Assembly (NCBI RefSeq): GCF_902499555.1
Contig: NZ_CABVMM010000009.1
Location: forward strand, 93,178 to 157,177
Reading direction: 5' to 3'
Source: Mesonia oceanica
Lineage (GTDB): Bacteria; Bacteroidota; Bacteroidia; Flavobacteriales; Flavobacteriaceae
DNA length: 64,000 bases
The position numbers were made by a program, and so were the translations under genes. The notes under the pieces were generated by a model. That model did no database searches, was not told the DNA's origin, and saw nothing but the letters and a program-made list of their open reading frames with translations. Shown piece after piece: positions 29,522 through 39,254 of this stretch (within the stretch, counting starts at the first letter, position 1; each line of letters opens with the position of its first letter).

Positions 29522-30235
29522 ATGAACATATTTAGACGATTATTTAAAATAGGAGAGTCAGAAGCCAATTCTGCTATCGATAAAATGGAAGATCCCATTA
29601 AAATGACAGAACAAGGAATTAGGGATATGAAGCAAGATTTAGAAAAAAGCCTGGAAGCTTTAGCGCAAGTGAAAGCTTTAGCAATTCGTGCTAAAAACGA
29701 ACAGGAAGAACATCAGGATAAAGCTGAAGATTACCACAATAAAGCGATTTTAATTTTGAAAAAAGCTGAAAAAGGACAAATGGAAAAAGAGGAAGCAGAT
29801 CGTTTAGCTAAACAAGCTTTGGTAAAAAAAGAAGAAGCGCAGCAACACGTTAGCCGTTCTAAAGAAGAGGTGAAAAAGTTTAATGAATCGATCGCTCAAT
29901 TAGAAAATAATATTCAAAATATAAAAGCGAATATTAGCAATTGGGAGAACGAACTAAAAACGCTAAAAGCTCGGGTGAAGGTTTCTAATGCTACCAAGAA
30001 TTTGAATAAACAAATGGCAGAGATTGATAGCTCAAGTACCGTTTCTATGCTAGAGCGTATGAAAGAGAAAGTAGCCCAAGAAGAAGCTTTGGCTGAAGCT
30101 TATGGCGATATAGCCAATGCTTCTAAATCTATAGACGAAGAACTTGAAAAAGCCGCAGATACTTCAGAAGCAAAAGCCGATGACGATTTATCTAAACTTA
30201 AAGAACAATTAGGACTTAACAATAAAGACGCATAA
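29522..30235 (+). CDS. pspA: PspA/IM30 (phage shock protein A / Vipp1, ESCRT-III-like) family protein
   Basis: 237 aa all-helical coiled coil; N-terminus MNIFRRLFKIGESEANSAIDKMEDPIKMTEQGIRDMKQDLEK matches PspA/IM30. Confidence 0.8.
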   Translation: MNIFRRLFKIGESEANSAIDKMEDPIKMTEQGIRDMKQDLEKSLEALAQVKALAIRAKNEQEEHQDKAEDYHNKAILILKKAEKGQMEKEEADRLAKQALVKKEEAQQHVSRSKEEVKKFNESIAQLENNIQNIKANISNWENELKTLKARVKVSNATKNLNKQMAEIDSSSTVSMLERMKEKVAQEEALAEAYGDIANASKSIDEELEKAADTSEAKADDDLSKLKEQLGLNNKDA

Positions 30236-30237
30236 CC

Positions 30238-30939
30238 TTGAACGACTTGATCAACATCATATTTTCTGAAGTAAACCTTGTACTTACCTGTTTACTTCTT
30301 TTATTAGTCGTTTATTGGATATTAACGATGGTTAGCGGAATTGACTTTGACCTGGATGTTGATGTGGATATTGATGTAGACGTAGATGCCGATGCCGGGA
30401 TCGAAGGTGGGAATATGGATTTTCAAGACGTCTCGAATGCCGAAGTAGATAAAGATACGGTTGTTGGTAAACGACGTCAGCCCCTAAAATGGTGGCAAGT
30501 ATTTTTAATTTATTTCAATTTCGTAGGCTTGCCCTTTATGTTCACTTTTACCTGTTGGGTTTTTGTCTGGTGGTTTATTACTGTATTTACCACAAGCCTT
30601 ACACATAGTTACGACTCCAGTTTCGGATTTTTAATTATGATTTTAGCCTTTATTCCGGCGCTTATTATTACTAAGGTGATCACGACACCATTCAAGAATT
30701 TTTTCAAAAATCTGAATAAAGATGGAGATAAGGCAGTCGATTATATCGGGAGGCGTGGCGTTATGCTTTCAACAGTTTCCGAAGAAAAAATGGGAAATGC
30801 AGAAGTCGTCATCGATGGTAATTCATACAATATTTACGTGAAGTCGCTAGACGGTTCGACCATAGCTTATCATCAAGAAATTTTAATCATCAATAAGTCG
30901 AAAGACAACAATTATTTTTTAGTACAAATCTATAACTAA
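30238..30939 (+). CDS. NfeD/YqiJ-like inner-membrane protein (partner of flotillin)
   Basis: 233 aa; N-terminal TM, acidic DV-repeat (DLDVDVDIDVDVDADAG), 3 more TMs, C-terminal OB-like soluble region; located immediately upstream of an SPFH/flotillin gene as in E. coli yqiJK. Confidence 0.5.
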   Translation: MNDLINIIFSEVNLVLTCLLLLLVVYWILTMVSGIDFDLDVDVDIDVDVDADAGIEGGNMDFQDVSNAEVDKDTVVGKRRQPLKWWQVFLIYFNFVGLPFMFTFTCWVFVWWFITVFTTSLTHSYDSSFGFLIMILAFIPALIITKVITTPFKNFFKNLNKDGDKAVDYIGRRGVMLSTVSEEKMGNAEVVIDGNSYNIYVKSLDGSTIAYHQEILIINKSKDNNYFLVQIYN

Positions 30940-30955
30940 CTTAACTTAAATTATT

Positions 30956-33046
30956 ATGGGAGATGTTTTACAGTGGATAGCAATACCGCTTATAGGATTG
31001 GTATTTTTAATCGTGATATACTTTGCGATTATTGCAATGTTTTACAAAAAAGTGCATCAAGGCCAAGCACTTATCCGTACCGGTTTTGGAGGTACAAAAG
31101 TAGCTACCGATAAAGGGCTGTATGTCGTGCCGGTATTTCACCGTGTCGAAATTATGGACGTATCGGTAAAGAAAATTCAAATCGAGCGTCAAGCTCATGA
31201 AGGTCTTATTTGTAAAGACAATATGCGTGCCGATATAAAAGTTGCTTTTTTCGTTCGGGTTAATAACGACGTGAGTTACATAAAAAAAGTAGCACAAACT
31301 ATAGGAGTAGCACGAGCTTCTCGTATTGAAACCTTAGAAGATTTATTTGAAGCCAAATTTTCTGAAGCTTTAAAAACCGTGGGTAAAAAGTTCGAATTTA
31401 TTGAGCTTTATGAAGCCCGTAGAGAGTTTAGGGACGAGATTGTAAATATTATCGGTACCGATCTTAACGGTTATACCCTAGAAGATTGTGCGATCGATTT
31501 CTTGGAGCAAACTCCGGTACAACATCTAAAACCGGATAATATTTTAGATGCTGAAGGGATTAAGAAGATCACCGATCTTACGGCTGCTCAAAATATTAAA
31601 GCCAACTTAATTAAGCGTGATGAAGAAAAAACCATCCGTAAACAAGATGTAGAAGCACGTGAAGCCATTCTAGAATTAGATAAGCAATTAGCAGAAAAAG
31701 AAGAATCTCAAAAACGAGAAATCGCTAATATTAAAGCTAGAGAAGGTTCAGAAATTTTAAAGGTTGCTGAAGAAGAGCGCTTAAAGTCTGAAACTGCTCG
31801 TATTGCTACTGAAGAAAAAGTGAAGGTTGCCGAAGAGAATATGAACCGTCAAATTATTGTAGCTGAAAAGAATAAACTACGTACCGAGGCTGTGGAAACA
31901 GAACGAGTAGAAAAAGATCGTTTGTTGGAAGCTACAGAGAGAGAGCGCGTAGTCACTTTAGCTCAAATAGAAAAAGAAAAAGTAGTTGAAGTAGAGAAGA
32001 AAAACATACAAGATGTGATTAGAGATCGTGTCATGTTAGAAAAAGGAGTGGTAGAAGAGCAAGAAAATATGAAAGATATTGAAGCCTTTAAAACTGCCGA
32101 CCGTGAGAAGAAAGTAAAAGTAACCAATGCGGAAGCAAACGCTCAAGAAGAATTAATTAAAACCATTAAAGCTGCAGAAGCTCAAAAAGAAGCTGCCAAA
32201 CAGAAAGCAGAAGAAATTAATATAGAAGCGATGGCTCGTAAAGAAGCGAGTGAAAAAGAAGCCGAAGCTAGAAAGACATTAGCAGAAGCTCAAGCTAAAG
32301 AAGAAGCCATTATTGGTATGTCTGAAGCACAAGTAATGCATGCGAAAGCAGATGCTAACGAGCGTCAAGGTATTGTAGATGCTTCCATTATCGAGAAAAA
32401 AGCGAAAGCAGAAGCTGCAGGGATTGAAGCCAAGGCAGAAGCTTCTCGAAAAGAAGGTAAAGCAGAAGCAGAAGTGATTAAAGAGAAAGCCCTTGCCGAT
32501 GCTGCCGGAATTGAAGAAAAAGCTGCGGCCATGAAGAAGTTGGATGGTGTTGGTAAAGACCACGAAGAGTTTAAACTTCGTTTAGATAAAGAATTACAAA
32601 TTGATTTGGCACATATCAATATCCAAAAAGATATTGCCGATGCACAAGCGCAAGTTCTAGGTGATGCTTTAAAACAAGCGAAGATTGATATTGTTGGAGG
32701 TGAAACTATGTTCTTCGATAATATTGTATCGCAAATTAGTCGCGGTAAAGGTATCGACAGGTTAGTTCAAAACAGTGAGAATATTCAGCAAGTGAAAGAT
32801 TCTATTTTGGGGAGCGATGATATTCAAGGAAATCTATTAGAACGCGTTCGAGAATTTGCTGCTAAATATGGTATTTCTACCGAAGATCTCAAAAACTTAA
32901 CGATCGCCAATCTATTAATCGATTTAAAAAGCAAAACCAATAGTGATAAAGAACATACGATGTTTAGTAACCTATTGAACCTGGCTAAAGGTTTAGGATT
33001 GTCAGACAAGACCATTGGTGCCGTAGGAAGAGAGCGTTTAAGCTAA
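30956..33046 (+). CDS. Flotillin-family SPFH/band-7 protein (YqiK-like) with long E/A/K-rich coiled-coil tail
   Basis: 696 aa; N-terminal TM, SPFH domain, ~350 aa of EAKA-type heptads. Confidence 0.8.
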   Translation: MGDVLQWIAIPLIGLVFLIVIYFAIIAMFYKKVHQGQALIRTGFGGTKVATDKGLYVVPVFHRVEIMDVSVKKIQIERQAHEGLICKDNMRADIKVAFFVRVNNDVSYIKKVAQTIGVARASRIETLEDLFEAKFSEALKTVGKKFEFIELYEARREFRDEIVNIIGTDLNGYTLEDCAIDFLEQTPVQHLKPDNILDAEGIKKITDLTAAQNIKANLIKRDEEKTIRKQDVEAREAILELDKQLAEKEESQKREIANIKAREGSEILKVAEEERLKSETARIATEEKVKVAEENMNRQIIVAEKNKLRTEAVETERVEKDRLLEATERERVVTLAQIEKEKVVEVEKKNIQDVIRDRVMLEKGVVEEQENMKDIEAFKTADREKKVKVTNAEANAQEELIKTIKAAEAQKEAAKQKAEEINIEAMARKEASEKEAEARKTLAEAQAKEEAIIGMSEAQVMHAKADANERQGIVDASIIEKKAKAEAAGIEAKAEASRKEGKAEAEVIKEKALADAAGIEEKAAAMKKLDGVGKDHEEFKLRLDKELQIDLAHINIQKDIADAQAQVLGDALKQAKIDIVGGETMFFDNIVSQISRGKGIDRLVQNSENIQQVKDSILGSDDIQGNLLERVREFAAKYGISTEDLKNLTIANLLIDLKSKTNSDKEHTMFSNLLNLAKGLGLSDKTIGAVGRERLS

Positions 33047-33055
33047 ACTATTATT

Positions 33056-33086
33056 AACCTACAAGGTTTTACAAACCTTGTAGGTT
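33056..33086 (+). terminator. Perfect 14-bp palindrome AACCTACAAGGTTT-tac-AAACCTTGTAGGTT after flotillin gene
   Basis: Direct reading; shares CCTACAAGG core with hairpin at 38306-38347. Confidence 0.45.
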
Positions 33087-33184
33087 TGATCATAGATTTA
33101 GGATTGTCATCTGCTGTCAGTTTGAGACTTTCAGCGAAGCTCAATACAGGCTTAGTCAAGAACTATATAGCACCTAAAATTGAG

Positions 33185-33286
33185 CGTTACCCTGAACTTG
33201 TTTTAGGGGCTCATTCAGATGATTTCAAAATGAAGATGTGATGCTGAGTCAAGCTTGCCTGCCGGGTGGTCAGGCTCAGCATGACG
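33185..33286. repeat. REP/MITE-like elements (cgttaccctgaacttgttttaggggctcattcagatgatttc; gatgtgatgctgagtcaagcttgcctgccgggtggtcaggctcagcatgacg)
   Basis: Same word family as the trp-operon repeats. Confidence 0.6.
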
Positions 33287-33358
33287 TTAATTTTAACCAC
33301 AATCATTTCTTTTTAAAATTCAAAAAGAATTAATTAACCGCTTGTTCAAAAATTACTT

Positions 33359-36300
33359 ATGCAAGAAGAACAACAAGAACAAAACAATCAGACCTTAGAT
33401 GGTGGTACCTATGAGATTATAAAGAGCCGATTGCAAAAGCAGAAGCAAGAGCTTCAGCAGCGTTTGCAACAACTTAACGAAAGCAGAAAAGAAGTTTTCG
33501 GTTCTTTAGAAACCAAACTCATTGCCAATAATCGCATCAATACCGAGAATAATTGTATTGCTAGAGATATTGTTTCTATCGATAAGCTTTGCATCTTTGG
33601 ATACAATGTTCATTTTGGTTTACGTACCGAAATTACGCTAGATGATGTATTTAGTATTTACGAATATAAAGATCAGCAGTTTGAACCGGTTTCTTTAGCG
33701 CTTATTGAAGATAGTACTTTTCAGACCGATTTTACCAACCTTTACAAATATTACAGAAATACCATTTTTTCCAAGTTTGCCATCATCGGTAATTACTTAC
33801 ATATGGTTTTTCAGCTGAGTGATAGCGTCACCGATATAAAAACCTTCAAGTGGTTGATCAATGATGGCAAGCTAAGCTATATTGACAATCGAAGTGAACA
33901 CGAATATAAATTTCCGCAGCAGCACGAGTTCAATTGGCAACAAGCCGGAAGAGATGAACAGCGTCACGGGGAACATTCACATATTTCTATTTTAGATAAG
34001 GTTTTTGTAGAAACTATTGGTGGCGATCTCACGATAAAAATTGAAGACAACACTCACGATGGGAAAGGGATCTATAACGAACCGGTTGAATACCAAGATC
34101 AAACCTTGGATGACGGTCAGTTTAGATTTGCCAATTTAGGAAACCTCATTGTGTTAGAGATTAAACCTTTTCAGGAAGAGGCACGTTATTTTGTTTACAA
34201 CCATAAACTACAAGAGGTTCAAAAAATAGATAGCATAAAAGATGCTGCAGTGTTGCTACCCGATGAACAAGGCATCATTTTTCCGAATGGTTACTATTTG
34301 CAAACTGGGGAATATCAAATTTTTGATAGTGATACCCGCAATTTAAAATTTCAAAAGAGAATTGCTTCACCTAACGGGGAAGATTACCTTTTTGTGTTTT
34401 ACGCGCAAGATCGCGGGATGTATGTGTTAATGTCTTACAACGTGATTGAGCAAACGGTACAAACGCCAATTATTTGTAATGGTTATACCGTTCAGCCCAA
34501 TGGTGAGTTATGCTATTTTAAAGGTGAAGAGGAGCAAACCAAACACCATATGGTACAAATTTGGCAAACCCCATTTTTAAAAGGAGATATCATGCCTTCG
34601 CAACATCAAGATACGATGTTGTATAAGATAGGGAATAAGGATATTGTTCGCGCGATGGCAGAGGCCCAAGAGCTCATTAATTTATTAAGCAAAGAAGATA
34701 ATTATAGCGGACTTTATGATGATGTAGCCAAACTTTCTAAAGATATTTTAGATACTTATTATTGGCTGTCTGAAGAAGAAACCCAGCAGTTGAACCTTCC
34801 GTTATCAGAAATTAATAAAGCAGCCAATGCTGCTATTGATGAGTTTGAAAAAGTAGTTCAGCTTAAGCGGAATGCCAAGCAAGAAACAGAGAAATTTACC
34901 AAGAAAGCAGAAGAGGTTTTTTCAAAAGTAAAAAGCACTTCCTTTAAATCGATTGAAGATTTTGTAAAGCTTTTAAACCAAATGCGAACCTTACGTGGGG
35001 AAGCGATTGGTCTATATGAAATCAGGTATGTTGATGAAACCCTGATCAAATCGATAGAAGAAGAAATTGCTGAATTTACCGAAAAGATTTCTCAACGATG
35101 CGTTCAGTTTTTGTTAGATGAAAAAGCTTTGGCTCCGTATCATGAGAAGGTCGAAGAAAAAAAGATAGCGCTCGATAAAATTGAAAAAGTTATCGAAGCG
35201 AAAAATCTGGAAGAAGAAGTCAACCAAATTGCACAAGACTTAGAAATGCTTATCGAGATTGTTTCGAATCTTGATATTGAAGATACTTCGCACTCTACCA
35301 AGATCATCGATAATATTTCGTTGATTTTCGCTACGCTGAATCAATTAAAAGCGGCGATTAAAAATAAGCGGAAAAGTCTAGGGAGCAAAGAAGCTAAAGC
35401 CGATTTTGCAGCCCAATTAAAATTGATTGATCAGAGCATTATCAATTATTTGGATATTGCTGACACGACCGAGAAAACCGAAGATTTTCAAACTAAAATT
35501 TCAATTCAGTTAGAAGAGTTAGAAGGAAAGTTTGCCGATTTTGAAGAGTTTATCAGCCAAATCATTGAAAAGCGGGAGGAAGTTTACAATGCCTTTGAAG
35601 CGCGGAAAAATGCTATTACCGAAAAGCGAAACAAGCGAAGCTTAGCTTTAGAAAATGCCGCCGATCGCATTCTAAAAGGTGTGGATAAGCGTGCGTTAAA
35701 TTTAGGTTCTGCTACCGAGATCAATGGGTATTTTGCTTCCGATCTAATGGTGAATAAACTTCGGGATATTATTCAGCAATTAAAAGATTTGGACAATTCC
35801 GGGCGAGCAGAAGAGCTAGAAACCAAGCTAAAAGTCGCTCGGGAAGATGCCTTACGTAAGCTAAAAGATAAGCTAGAATTATACGAAGATGGCGATAACG
35901 TCATCAAGTTTGGGAAGCACAAATTTGGCGTGAATAAGCAAACGCTTGATTTAACAATTGTTTATCGTAATCATCAACTTCAATACCATTTAACGGGAAC
36001 CGATTTTTATGAAGAAGTGACCAATCCCATCTTATTAAATTCAAGAAGCCTTTGGGATCAAGAATATATTTCTGAAAATGAACAGGTGTATCGAAGTGCC
36101 TATTTGGCTTATAAATTATTCAGCAGTCTTCCTTTTTCAAAGCTAGCAAATGCCAATTCAGAAGAACTATTAAAAACTGTTCAAGAAGAAAGTAGTAGCA
36201 ATTATGCCGAAGGTTATGTAAAAGGAGTTCACGACAGAGATGCGGCTGATATTTTAGAAGTCTTGGTACGTAAACATCAAGAACTGGGTTTACTTCGCTA

Positions 36301-38227
36301 TTCGCCTAAAACCAGGGCTAAAGCTCAGTTTTTTTGGCATAGTTTACCAGAAGAACTTCAACAGAAATTTAATGAAGTTTTAAAATCTTCCGGAGAAGTT
36401 TTGAGCTTTTTTCCTGATACGAAAGAATACGATTTTTTAATTCAGCAATTAGAAAGTGCTATTTTTCAAGTGGCAGAAAACTCGGTCTTACTTTCTACGT
36501 CAAATAGCAAAGCGATGGCCAATTACTTGTTTGAAGAATTGCAGGGCGACGATCAGTTTCAAATAAGTGGAGATGCTTTGAAGATCAAAGAAGGTTTCTT
36601 GAAGACGCTTCAGGAAAAGCAAGCCGATTTAAAATTTAAGAACAGCTATGAAAAATTAGACGAGCTTGAAGCTAAAATTCAGCTAATTCGGCAATGGGTA
36701 AATTCTTTCCTAAGAACATCTTCTGCTAATTATGAGGAAGTCTATGTAGATGAGGTAGTGGCTATCATCTTGTTTAGCGATGATTCTGTTGAGAAAGTTA
36801 AGCATATTTCGGCAAGGGAAACCATTCAAGATTTAAAAGGCGATCACCCGACTTTAAAAGAAGGGGAGTTTCAATTTAACTATCATGAGTTTATTGCTGC
36901 TTTAGCCGCATATAATGAAGAAATTGTACCGGCTTACCAAGCGTTTAAAAAAGCAAAACAAGAAGTTACTGAAAGTTTAAAAGAAGATTTAAAACTGGAA
37001 GAATTGAAACCAAGGGTGTTGACTTCTTTTGTGAGAAACAAGCTCATCAACGAAGTGTATTTACCGCTTTTTGGAGATAATTTATCGAAGCAGTTAGGAA
37101 CTGTGGGCGATTACAAACGCACCGACAGAATGGGAATGTTGCTGCTCATTTCGCCACCGGGTTACGGAAAAACCACTCTAATGGAATATATTGCCAATCG
37201 GTTAGGATTGGTATTTATGAAAATCAATGGTCCTGCGATAGGACACGAAGTCACTTCGGTAGATCCGGCGGCAGCCAACAACTCGGCAGCGCGAGAAGAA
37301 CTAAAGCGACTGAATTTGGCTTTTGAAATGGGCAATAATGTCATGTTGTACTTAGATGATATTCAGCATTGCCATCCTGAATTTTTACAGAAATTTATTT
37401 CGCTCTCTGATGGAACCCGAAAAATAGAAGGGGTTTATAAAGAGAAATCAAAAACCTACGATTTACGCGGAAAGAAGTTTTGTGTGATTATGGCAGGAAA
37501 CCCATATACCGAAAGTGGAGAAAAGTTTAGGATTCCCGATATGTTGGCCAACCGAGCCGATATTTACAACTTAGGAGATATTATTGGTGATACCGCACAT
37601 TTATTCAAATTAAGTTTAATCGAAAATGCACTCACCTCTAACCCGACTTTACAGCAATTAAGCAGTAAACATTTTGATGATATTTATCGACTGATTGATC
37701 GTGTGGAAAATCAAAATCCTGAAATTCAGCTGGAAGGTAATCATACGCCACAAGAAGTGCAGGACTATGTTTCGGTTTTAGAGAAAGTAATTACGATTAG
37801 AGATACTGTGTTGAGGGTGAACGAAACCTACATCAAATCGGCTGCGATGGAAGATGAATATAGAACAGAACCGGCATTTAAATTACAAGGTTCTTATCGT
37901 GATATGAATAAACTGATCGGTAAAGTCGTGCCGATTATGAATAAAGAAGAACTTGCTACTTTATTACTGTCTCATTATGAAAGTGAATCGCAAACGCTCA
38001 CCACTTCTGCAGAAGCGAATTTATTAAAGTTTAAAGAGCTTCAACAAAATTTGACTGCCCAAGAAAATGAACGTTGGAATGTGATTAAAGAAACCTTTCT
38101 GAAAAACAATAAACTGAAAGGCTTAGGCAATAAAAATGAAATGGCTCAGGTATTGAACCAAATGGTGGCCTTCACAGATAATCTAGAAGGCATTAAACGA
38201 GTTTTGGAGCAAGGTTTTATGAAATAG
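33359..38227 (+). CDS. Giant (1622 aa) multidomain protein with C-terminal AAA+ ATPase domain of the MoxR/dynein-like (AAA_5) type; function unknown
   Basis: Walker A LLISPPGYGKTTLMEYIA (~aa 1265), Walker B VMLYLDDIQH, sensor-1 CVIMAGNP; Q/E-rich N-terminal coiled coil, beta-rich region aa ~60-420, long central helical/coiled-coil region. Confidence 0.7.
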   Translation: MQEEQQEQNNQTLDGGTYEIIKSRLQKQKQELQQRLQQLNESRKEVFGSLETKLIANNRINTENNCIARDIVSIDKLCIFGYNVHFGLRTEITLDDVFSIYEYKDQQFEPVSLALIEDSTFQTDFTNLYKYYRNTIFSKFAIIGNYLHMVFQLSDSVTDIKTFKWLINDGKLSYIDNRSEHEYKFPQQHEFNWQQAGRDEQRHGEHSHISILDKVFVETIGGDLTIKIEDNTHDGKGIYNEPVEYQDQTLDDGQFRFANLGNLIVLEIKPFQEEARYFVYNHKLQEVQKIDSIKDAAVLLPDEQGIIFPNGYYLQTGEYQIFDSDTRNLKFQKRIASPNGEDYLFVFYAQDRGMYVLMSYNVIEQTVQTPIICNGYTVQPNGELCYFKGEEEQTKHHMVQIWQTPFLKGDIMPSQHQDTMLYKIGNKDIVRAMAEAQELINLLSKEDNYSGLYDDVAKLSKDILDTYYWLSEEETQQLNLPLSEINKAANAAIDEFEKVVQLKRNAKQETEKFTKKAEEVFSKVKSTSFKSIEDFVKLLNQMRTLRGEAIGLYEIRYVDETLIKSIEEEIAEFTEKISQRCVQFLLDEKALAPYHEKVEEKKIALDKIEKVIEAKNLEEEVNQIAQDLEMLIEIVSNLDIEDTSHSTKIIDNISLIFATLNQLKAAIKNKRKSLGSKEAKADFAAQLKLIDQSIINYLDIADTTEKTEDFQTKISIQLEELEGKFADFEEFISQIIEKREEVYNAFEARKNAITEKRNKRSLALENAADRILKGVDKRALNLGSATEINGYFASDLMVNKLRDIIQQLKDLDNSGRAEELETKLKVAREDALRKLKDKLELYEDGDNVIKFGKHKFGVNKQTLDLTIVYRNHQLQYHLTGTDFYEEVTNPILLNSRSLWDQEYISENEQVYRSAYLAYKLFSSLPFSKLANANSEELLKTVQEESSSNYAEGYVKGVHDRDAADILEVLVRKHQELGLLRYSPKTRAKAQFFWHSLPEELQQKFNEVLKSSGEVLSFFPDTKEYDFLIQQLESAIFQVAENSVLLSTSNSKAMANYLFEELQGDDQFQISGDALKIKEGFLKTLQEKQADLKFKNSYEKLDELEAKIQLIRQWVNSFLRTSSANYEEVYVDEVVAIILFSDDSVEKVKHISARETIQDLKGDHPTLKEGEFQFNYHEFIAALAAYNEEIVPAYQAFKKAKQEVTESLKEDLKLEELKPRVLTSFVRNKLINEVYLPLFGDNLSKQLGTVGDYKRTDRMGMLLLISPPGYGKTTLMEYIANRLGLVFMKINGPAIGHEVTSVDPAAANNSAAREELKRLNLAFEMGNNVMLYLDDIQHCHPEFLQKFISLSDGTRKIEGVYKEKSKTYDLRGKKFCVIMAGNPYTESGEKFRIPDMLANRADIYNLGDIIGDTAHLFKLSLIENALTSNPTLQQLSSKHFDDIYRLIDRVENQNPEIQLEGNHTPQEVQDYVSVLEKVITIRDTVLRVNETYIKSAAMEDEYRTEPAFKLQGSYRDMNKLIGKVVPIMNKEELATLLLSHYESESQTLTTSAEANLLKFKELQQNLTAQENERWNVIKETFLKNNKLKGLGNKNEMAQVLNQMVAFTDNLEGIKRVLEQGFMK

Positions 38228-38305
38228 TTCGCTTATAAATAAACCAGAATTGAATAGAGAAATAGCTCAAATCCTGAATGGAAATTTGGTATGAGCTTTA
38301 CTGTT

Positions 38306-38347
38306 AAAAACCTACAAGGTCTTTTTTGTTTGACTTTGTAGGTTTTT
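38306..38347 (+). terminator. Rho-independent terminator (aaaaacctacaa...ttgtaggttttt + T-run) after the 1622-aa gene
   Basis: 12-bp stem, followed by ttttttt. Confidence 0.5.
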
Positions 38348-38743
38348 TTTATCCTATGACTATAAAAGCTTTTATTAAAGTTTAACGTTGAATGAAATTA
38401 GGGGATAAAATTTCCGGGGAAATTCAATAATTAGTCTAAAGTACCTAGAAAACTTTTGTATGAAATACAGTTTACTATTTCTATGATCGGTATTTTATCT
38501 TTAAAAACTAATGAATATCCAAGGTAGTTGTAGGTAAATAAGAATTTTATTTTCAATAAAAAAATATTAAAAAATCATTAAATTTATGTTTTCTTTACAT
38601 TATCTTTATTTTAAGGTGCATGATATAAGATTATTAAATTTTAACCTATGGATATTGTGATTAACGTAATAATGATATTAGGAGGTATTTCCTTTTTAGG
38701 GATTGTCTTGGATGAATTAATGAAGACTTTATAGGTCTTAACA

Positions 38744-38971
38744 TCAATCTTCCCAACCACAAAGGCTTCTTTTTAGTTTTTTAGCGTCTTCTAAGCTTAT
38801 CTTTTTAATACACGCTTTACAGGCATTTAGCCCTCTGCAATCATTTGTATAATGGTATTTCTTAGCGGTTTGACTATCGCAGATAAATACCGATTTTTCT
38901 GAACTTACCAGCGCTAAGTTGATACTGGAAAATGTAATGAAAACAATAAAAAAGAGTAGTTTCTGTTTCAT
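38744..38971 (-). CDS. Small secreted Cys-rich protein (75 aa, 6 Cys)
   Basis: Signal peptide MKQKLLFFIVFITFSSINLALVSS; CDSQ...CRGLNACKAC...C pattern. Confidence 0.4.
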   Translation of the reverse strand: MKQKLLFFIVFITFSSINLALVSSEKSVFICDSQTAKKYHYTNDCRGLNACKACIKKISLEDAKKLKRSLCGWED

Positions 38972-39254
38972 AATAATTGGTTGTAATAATAAGATTCTAT
39001 TAAAAAATTGAGTTTGTGATTTATAAAATCAGCGCTCAACTAATTTACAAAATATACTATAACTTAAACCGTTGCCTATTAAAAAATAAAATTCATCATC
39101 ATTTTCAAGGTATTTCTGGAACAAACGCTAGGGTAAAAGATTTTCGCAATTCTATAGTTGCCTATAAAATTATTGGTATTACAGGGCATCGAAATAGTAA
39201 GAGCTTTAAATATATTATCAAGTAAATTTTTTGGCTACAATTAGTACAGTAAAT

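Noticed and set aside
30310-30400. GATGTTGATGTGGATATTGATGTAGACGTAGATGCC nucleotide repeat
   Set aside because: It is the coding sequence for an acidic (DV)n linker inside the NfeD/YqiJ-like protein, not an independent repeat element.
39016-39225. 69-aa + strand ORF in the AT-rich gap before hipB
   Set aside because: Low-complexity, no start context or motif; region better explained as promoter/operator DNA.
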